Assembly (NCBI GenBank): GCA_050014495.1
Contig: JBEKDF010000014.1
Coordinates: forward strand, 30,218 to 94,217
Source: Candidatus Bathyarchaeia archaeon
GTDB lineage: Archaea; Thermoproteota; Bathyarchaeia; TCS64
DNA: 64,000 nucleotides
Direction of reading: 5' to 3'
The notes beneath the pieces are model-generated. The model had not been told where the DNA came from and did not search any database. It saw only the letters and a list, made by a program, of their open reading frames with translations. The position numbers were made by a program, and so were the translations under genes. This document shows positions 59,851-64,000 of this stretch, in pieces. Each line of letters starts with the position of its first letter. Within the stretch, counting starts at the first letter, position 1.

Positions 59851-60456
59851 CTACTTTCTGAGGCTGATGGCGCGTTCCTCGGTTCCTTCTTTAGTGATAA
59901 GGAGCATATCGACTCCGTCGCCGCTCGTTATGTCACGGGCCACGGCGGCCTTAATCGACTTCAATGCGAGCTCTGCTCCCTCCTCCATGCTCATCCCATC
60001 CTTGTACTCCGCCTCGATGACCCCCATCGCAATTGGCGCACCCGTCCCAGCGGTTATGAAGGGGTCTGGGATCAGGCTACCAACTGGGTCCATGCTGTAA
60101 AGGGCTGGACCATCATCGTCGACGCCCCCAACTAGGGTCTCCATTAAGAGGGGAAACATGCGTCGCTGGAAGAGCATGTTGGCGACGAGCTTACCCATCG
60201 CCTTGACTCCGATGGGCCTGTTGTTGTCCAGCTCATAGAGGCTCGCGTAGGCCGCCACCTCACGTGTGAGGGCCTGCATGTCACTCATTAGGCCGGCGAA
60301 GGCTAGGCCTATCTTGTCGTTAAGTTTGAAGACTTTTATTCCGCCCCTGCTCGTGAGCATGTTACCCCAGGTAACGCGCTTCTCCGAGGCGAGTACGACC
60401 CCGCCCTTGCAGATGAGGCCTATTGTTGTAGCGCCTTGATAATCTTGCCAGCCCAT
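59851..60456 (-). CDS. psmB: Proteasome beta subunit (probably non-catalytic paralog)
   Basis: GATTIG..GVVLASEKR, DPVGS, GTGA and RDITSGDG motifs. Confidence 0.9.
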   Translation of the reverse strand: MGWQDYQGATTIGLICKGGVVLASEKRVTWGNMLTSRGGIKVFKLNDKIGLAFAGLMSDMQALTREVAAYASLYELDNNRPIGVKAMGKLVANMLFQRRMFPLLMETLVGGVDDDGPALYSMDPVGSLIPDPFITAGTGAPIAMGVIEAEYKDGMSMEEGAELALKSIKAAVARDITSGDGVDMLLITKEGTEERAISLRK

Positions 60457-60493
60457 GCCGCCACTTCCTAACCCCCTTCATCCCGGAGCGATA

Positions 60494-61648
60494 TTAACTT
60501 GACGCTTTGCTGTGAAGCCTCGCCACCCTCGGCTTTCGGGTCTCCGCGTCTATCTCGACGAAATAGCCTAGTGCCTCCAGTACTGGTGTGGGGTTTTTGC
60601 ATCCCTGCCCCTTCAAGAAGGCCTTGTATAGTGCTAGGTCGTCTCCTTCAATCTCCTCGAGACCTGCACGGAGAGTCTCAAGCTTTTCCTGAGTCACTAG
60701 AACGCCTGGGAGTCGAATGTATCTGACTTTCTCCGCCTCCACCATCTTCAGCACCTCCTTGTCTGTGAGGCCTAGCCTATTGGCGACGTCGTCGATGACT
60801 ATGGGGTCACCGAGACTGCTCTTCCTTGACGACGCCTTGATCTCGATGATGGTCTCCTCCACCATCGGCTCCGCCTTAAGCATCCCGCCACTGGTCCTTT
60901 GATTCAGCTCCAGCGGTCTCGTCTCATGGTGGCGGGGGGGGTAGGCGACGTCGGCTCTTAGGCTCCAATTCCTCGACTCGATTAAGAGAGTGAGCAGGGA
61001 CTCGCACTTGCCACCGCGGAGCCCCACCTGTCTTGAGGGCTTCAAGTCGATGCTGAGTGAACTAACCCTGACTTCGGTCTCCCCCAGGGCTTTCGCTGCC
61101 CTCTCAAGGCCCTCGTTTCTCCCAGAGTAGCTTATTGCTATGTGAATAGAGTAGGCGAGAATCATCGAGACGAGGGAGAAGTTGTAGAGTTTGAGTAGCT
61201 CATCAGGCGTAGGCTCCTTAAAGTCTATGAGGTATTGCTCGTCGAGCAAGTCGGCGTAGAGGCTCTCCTCTAAATCCAAAGAAGCCACTCCAAGTCCCTC
61301 AGCCACCTTCTCGAAGATTTCTGCGCGGTCCCTTACTGAGATGGAGGGTCTCTTAGCTGACTCCTCGAAGAGTAGCCTCCGAGCCTTGACTGGTGGAACA
61401 AAGGAGCGAGCCCCGAAGATACAGTGTGAGTCGAGGACTGCTGATAGTCCCCTCACGAGTTTGAAGTCGTAGCCTAGCTCCTCACATACCGCGATGCCCT
61501 CATTAAGCTCCGATCTCTTCCTGTCACGGTTCTCAGCATAGATGGTGATGAGTGTCTTGGCCAATCCAAGCTTCTCGTCATCGGCGTAGAGTGGGGTAAG
61601 TGCAGCCTTTGTTCGCCTAACCCTGATGAGCTCGTGGGGGAGGATCAA
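60494..61648 (-). CDS. bax1: Bax1/DUF790-family XPB partner
   Basis: MILPHEL N-terminus, LYADL and YNFSL motifs; overlaps the xpb stop. Confidence 0.75.
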   Translation of the reverse strand: MILPHELIRVRRTKAALTPLYADDEKLGLAKTLITIYAENRDRKRSELNEGIAVCEELGYDFKLVRGLSAVLDSHCIFGARSFVPPVKARRLLFEESAKRPSISVRDRAEIFEKVAEGLGVASLDLEESLYADLLDEQYLIDFKEPTPDELLKLYNFSLVSMILAYSIHIAISYSGRNEGLERAAKALGETEVRVSSLSIDLKPSRQVGLRGGKCESLLTLLIESRNWSLRADVAYPPRHHETRPLELNQRTSGGMLKAEPMVEETIIEIKASSRKSSLGDPIVIDDVANRLGLTDKEVLKMVEAEKVRYIRLPGVLVTQEKLETLRAGLEEIEGDDLALYKAFLKGQGCKNPTPVLEALGYFVEIDAETRKPRVARLHSKASS

Positions 61649-62946
61649 GCCTCCTTCCTCCTCCTGCTTATCCTGGTCTCGGCGGTGCCGAAGCTGACGA
61701 GCTCGTATAGAGTTGCCTGCTTTCCCTCCTTCTTCCTGAGGACCCTACCTAGGCGCTGAATAAACTCCCTGCTGCTCCCCGTACCGCTTAGTATAACAGC
61801 AACCGACGCGTCTGGGACGTCGATCCCCTCATCGAGGACCTGACTCGTGATGATCCTCCTATAGACGCCACTCCGGAACCTGTCGAGTACCTCCTCTCTC
61901 TCCTCCCTCACCGTTTGGTGCGTGATGGCGGGGATGAGTAGACTCCTACTAATTCTGTAGACAAGCTTGTTGTGGCGAGTGAAAATGATGGTCTTCTCTT
62001 TGGGGTTGGCGGCGAGCAGCACCCGGAGGTACTCCTCCTTGTTTCTACTGTTCAAGGCGATGTCCATCGCTGTGTTCCTCCCCATTAGGGCCCTCCTCGC
62101 CTCTGGGTCTACACCGCTCCGCTTGATGAAGAGCAGGTAGTCGCGAGCACTTCTGATTCTTATTCCTCTACGCTGCAGGAATCCCTTGTAGACCGCGAAC
62201 TGTCGATCATACTCCTCCTTCTCATCTGGTGCGAGGGGTATATTCACAGTCTTCACAGTGTAATTGCTGAGGTGCTTACCCGCGAGCTCCTCTATACCCT
62301 TCTCGTAGATGACCTTACCAACTAGCTCCTCGAGTCCACTGATCACCTCTTCGTCTCGTCCCAGGGTGGCTGTGAGCCCTAGTCTGTATGGAGCTAGGTA
62401 AGAGGTGGCTGCCCGTGAGTTGCTTGGAGATGGGAGGTGGTGGACCTCATCGAAGACTATTAAGGAGAAGCTGTCACCGATATCACGCGCTTTGAGGGAG
62501 GCGGAGTCGTATGTGGCTACTGTTATCGGCTTCACGTCACTTTCGCCGCCACCGAGTGCACCTACCTCTAACCTGAAGGCCTCAGTAAGCGTCTCCCTCC
62601 ATTGCTCCATCAACACGATTGTTGGCACGACGATGAGTGTCGCGACCTGCAGAAGCTCCATCGCCTTAATTGCCATAATGGTCTTCCCAGCGCCCGTTGG
62701 GAGGACGACGATTCCCCTGTGACCTGCCCTCGTCCAGCTCTCCACGGCCTCCGATTGATAGTCCCTTGCCTCGAATCGGGAGGCGAGATGTCCAGTCGGA
62801 GGCGACCTGAGAGCGTCGTCCCGATATTCTGCTCCTACACTTCTAAGATCATCCACGGTCCTCGAGTAGTCGCTGGCTCGTCTCCTCGTCACTTTGCCCT
62901 GATCGTCCTCAACTAGAAGTGTCCCGCGATCGAATCTGAGAATCAT
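61645..62946 (-). CDS. xpb: XPB/Rad25 DNA repair helicase
   Basis: LPTGAGKT, DEVHH, LGLTAT, LDEGIDVP and QRLGRVLR motifs. Confidence 0.92.
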   Translation of the reverse strand: MILRFDRGTLLVEDDQGKVTRRRASDYSRTVDDLRSVGAEYRDDALRSPPTGHLASRFEARDYQSEAVESWTRAGHRGIVVLPTGAGKTIMAIKAMELLQVATLIVVPTIVLMEQWRETLTEAFRLEVGALGGGESDVKPITVATYDSASLKARDIGDSFSLIVFDEVHHLPSPSNSRAATSYLAPYRLGLTATLGRDEEVISGLEELVGKVIYEKGIEELAGKHLSNYTVKTVNIPLAPDEKEEYDRQFAVYKGFLQRRGIRIRSARDYLLFIKRSGVDPEARRALMGRNTAMDIALNSRNKEEYLRVLLAANPKEKTIIFTRHNKLVYRISRSLLIPAITHQTVREEREEVLDRFRSGVYRRIITSQVLDEGIDVPDASVAVILSGTGSSREFIQRLGRVLRKKEGKQATLYELVSFGTAETRISRRRKEA

Positions 62947-62980
62947 CAAGGCAGATGAGTTGACTCGTGGTTCCAAACGG

Positions 62981-64000
62981 TTAAACCTGATCCGGGAAGT
63001 GGGGGTTCAATATGCTGCTTCCCTCAACGGTTATTCTTCCCTGCTTTCCCTCCACACCGTCCACGTTTATCTTGACCCCCAGTATCATCTTCGCTACCTC
63101 GACGGCGGTGAGGGTGTGCATCGTCAGGCGAGATACAGTGAAGCTAGATGTCCCTGAGGCCAGGGAGCATGGAAGTATCAGGTTGTCAGCGGTGTGTAGA
63201 TCAACGTATGCACCGGTTTTAATCTCTTGGATAAGGCGTTCTGCAGCTTCGGTCCCGACCTTCTCAGCGGTCTTGCCTCGCTCCCCGAGCCCATCATCTC
63301 CAATGAGGGCGTCCCCTTCCGTCCAGAGGCATATGACACTTCCTGGAGACATGGGTTCCGTGGCTTTGCCTGGCGTCGCTACGTCAATGTTCGCCTCGAA
63401 TCCCTCCTCAACTAGCACGTCGAAGGCGGCCTGCGCTTGCCTCTCGGCTACGTGCCTCGGGAGTCCGCCACATGTGGATAGTCCCCGTATACTCTTAACC
63501 GCGTTTCTTTCACCGGTAAACTGTTTGAATCTATGTAAAGGTTTGATACTCGCTTCGACTACGCCACCGCCCTTCGGGTAATAGCCGTCCCGGAGGACCC
63601 TCGCCTCCCCCGTGAAACCCATCTTTCGGAGCCCAGCCCATACGACGTGCTGCACAATAGTCATCGGGGGAGACCAGCGAACCGCTGTACCGCCCCTGAC
63701 CCTGATATTGATTGGGCCGTCGGCGTAAGCTGCCACGGGCGCAGCACACTGGAGGAGCAAACTACAGCTCCCCGCTGTACCTATGTTGAACTCAAAACTG
63801 CCGCTTCTGAGCCTACCTGGCTTGAACTCGACCTCTCCGCTACCTACTTCGAGGCCCTTCGTCTCGGCTTTGCAGAGCTCTGCCACCGCCTTCAGGGTCA
63901 TTAGATGCTGAGGTTTTAGCCCTGGTTGATTTCTCTTGGCGCGGACGTTTACGATCCTTATGGGCTCGCCTAGGATGGCACTGTAGGTTGTGGCCATGCG
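62981..64000 (-). CDS. rtcA: RNA 3'-terminal phosphate cyclase, 5'-partial
   Basis: PGLKPQH, GTAGS, GYYPKGGG, D.HTADN and TMHTLT motifs; N-terminus runs off the window. Confidence 0.92.
   Translation of the reverse strand, partial: RMATTYSAILGEPIRIVNVRAKRNQPGLKPQHLMTLKAVAELCKAETKGLEVGSGEVEFKPGRLRSGSFEFNIGTAGSCSLLLQCAAPVAAYADGPINIRVRGGTAVRWSPPMTIVQHVVWAGLRKMGFTGEARVLRDGYYPKGGGVVEASIKPLHRFKQFTGERNAVKSIRGLSTCGGLPRHVAERQAQAAFDVLVEEGFEANIDVATPGKATEPMSPGSVICLWTEGDALIGDDGLGERGKTAEKVGTEAAERLIQEIKTGAYVDLHTADNLILPCSLASGTSSFTVSRLTMHTLTAVEVAKMILGVKINVDGVEGKQGRITVEGSSILNPHFPDQV

Noticed and set aside
2312..63904. Numerous long antisense or alternate-frame ORFs (for example 2312-2881, 28075-28671, 63012-63581)
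   Set aside because: They fully overlap well-supported genes and carry no recognisable motifs.
1..64000. CRISPR arrays, rRNA, intact IS or provirus
   Set aside because: No regularly spaced repeats, rRNA-like segment, transposase or capsid-like ORFs were seen; only a decayed integrase is present.

Overview
This is a 64-kb archaeal chromosomal segment, most likely from Bathyarchaeia or a related TACK lineage. That assignment is an inference from the proteasome beta, XPB-Bax1, RtcA, Lrp, archaeal pilin, TATA promoters and lineage-typical hypothetical families. Core content: a leuA-leuC-leuD-leuB cluster, a thrB-thrC operon with internally deleted lysC and asd, a MarR-ABC exporter, a GH172/fucose-isomerase/FGGY-kinase sugar operon, dhaKL, and a hycBCDEFGH-like group 4 [NiFe] hydrogenase operon headed by a GltD-like NAD(P)H flavoprotein. 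There are also four intronless CCA-encoding tRNAs (Asp, Val, Phe, Ala), a decayed tyrosine integrase, and an AT-richer accessory island between tRNA-Phe and tRNA-Ala. Two patterns stand out beyond the gene list. First, (GC)n and other alternating purine-pyrimidine tracts sit exactly at chimeric deletion junctions and flank accessory genes. Second, a repeated TTACCTAGGTAA-type operator defines a probable regulon of an unusual wHTH/beta-helix fusion regulator. No CRISPR array, rRNA or intact mobile element was seen. All calls come from reading motifs by eye; no database searches were run.
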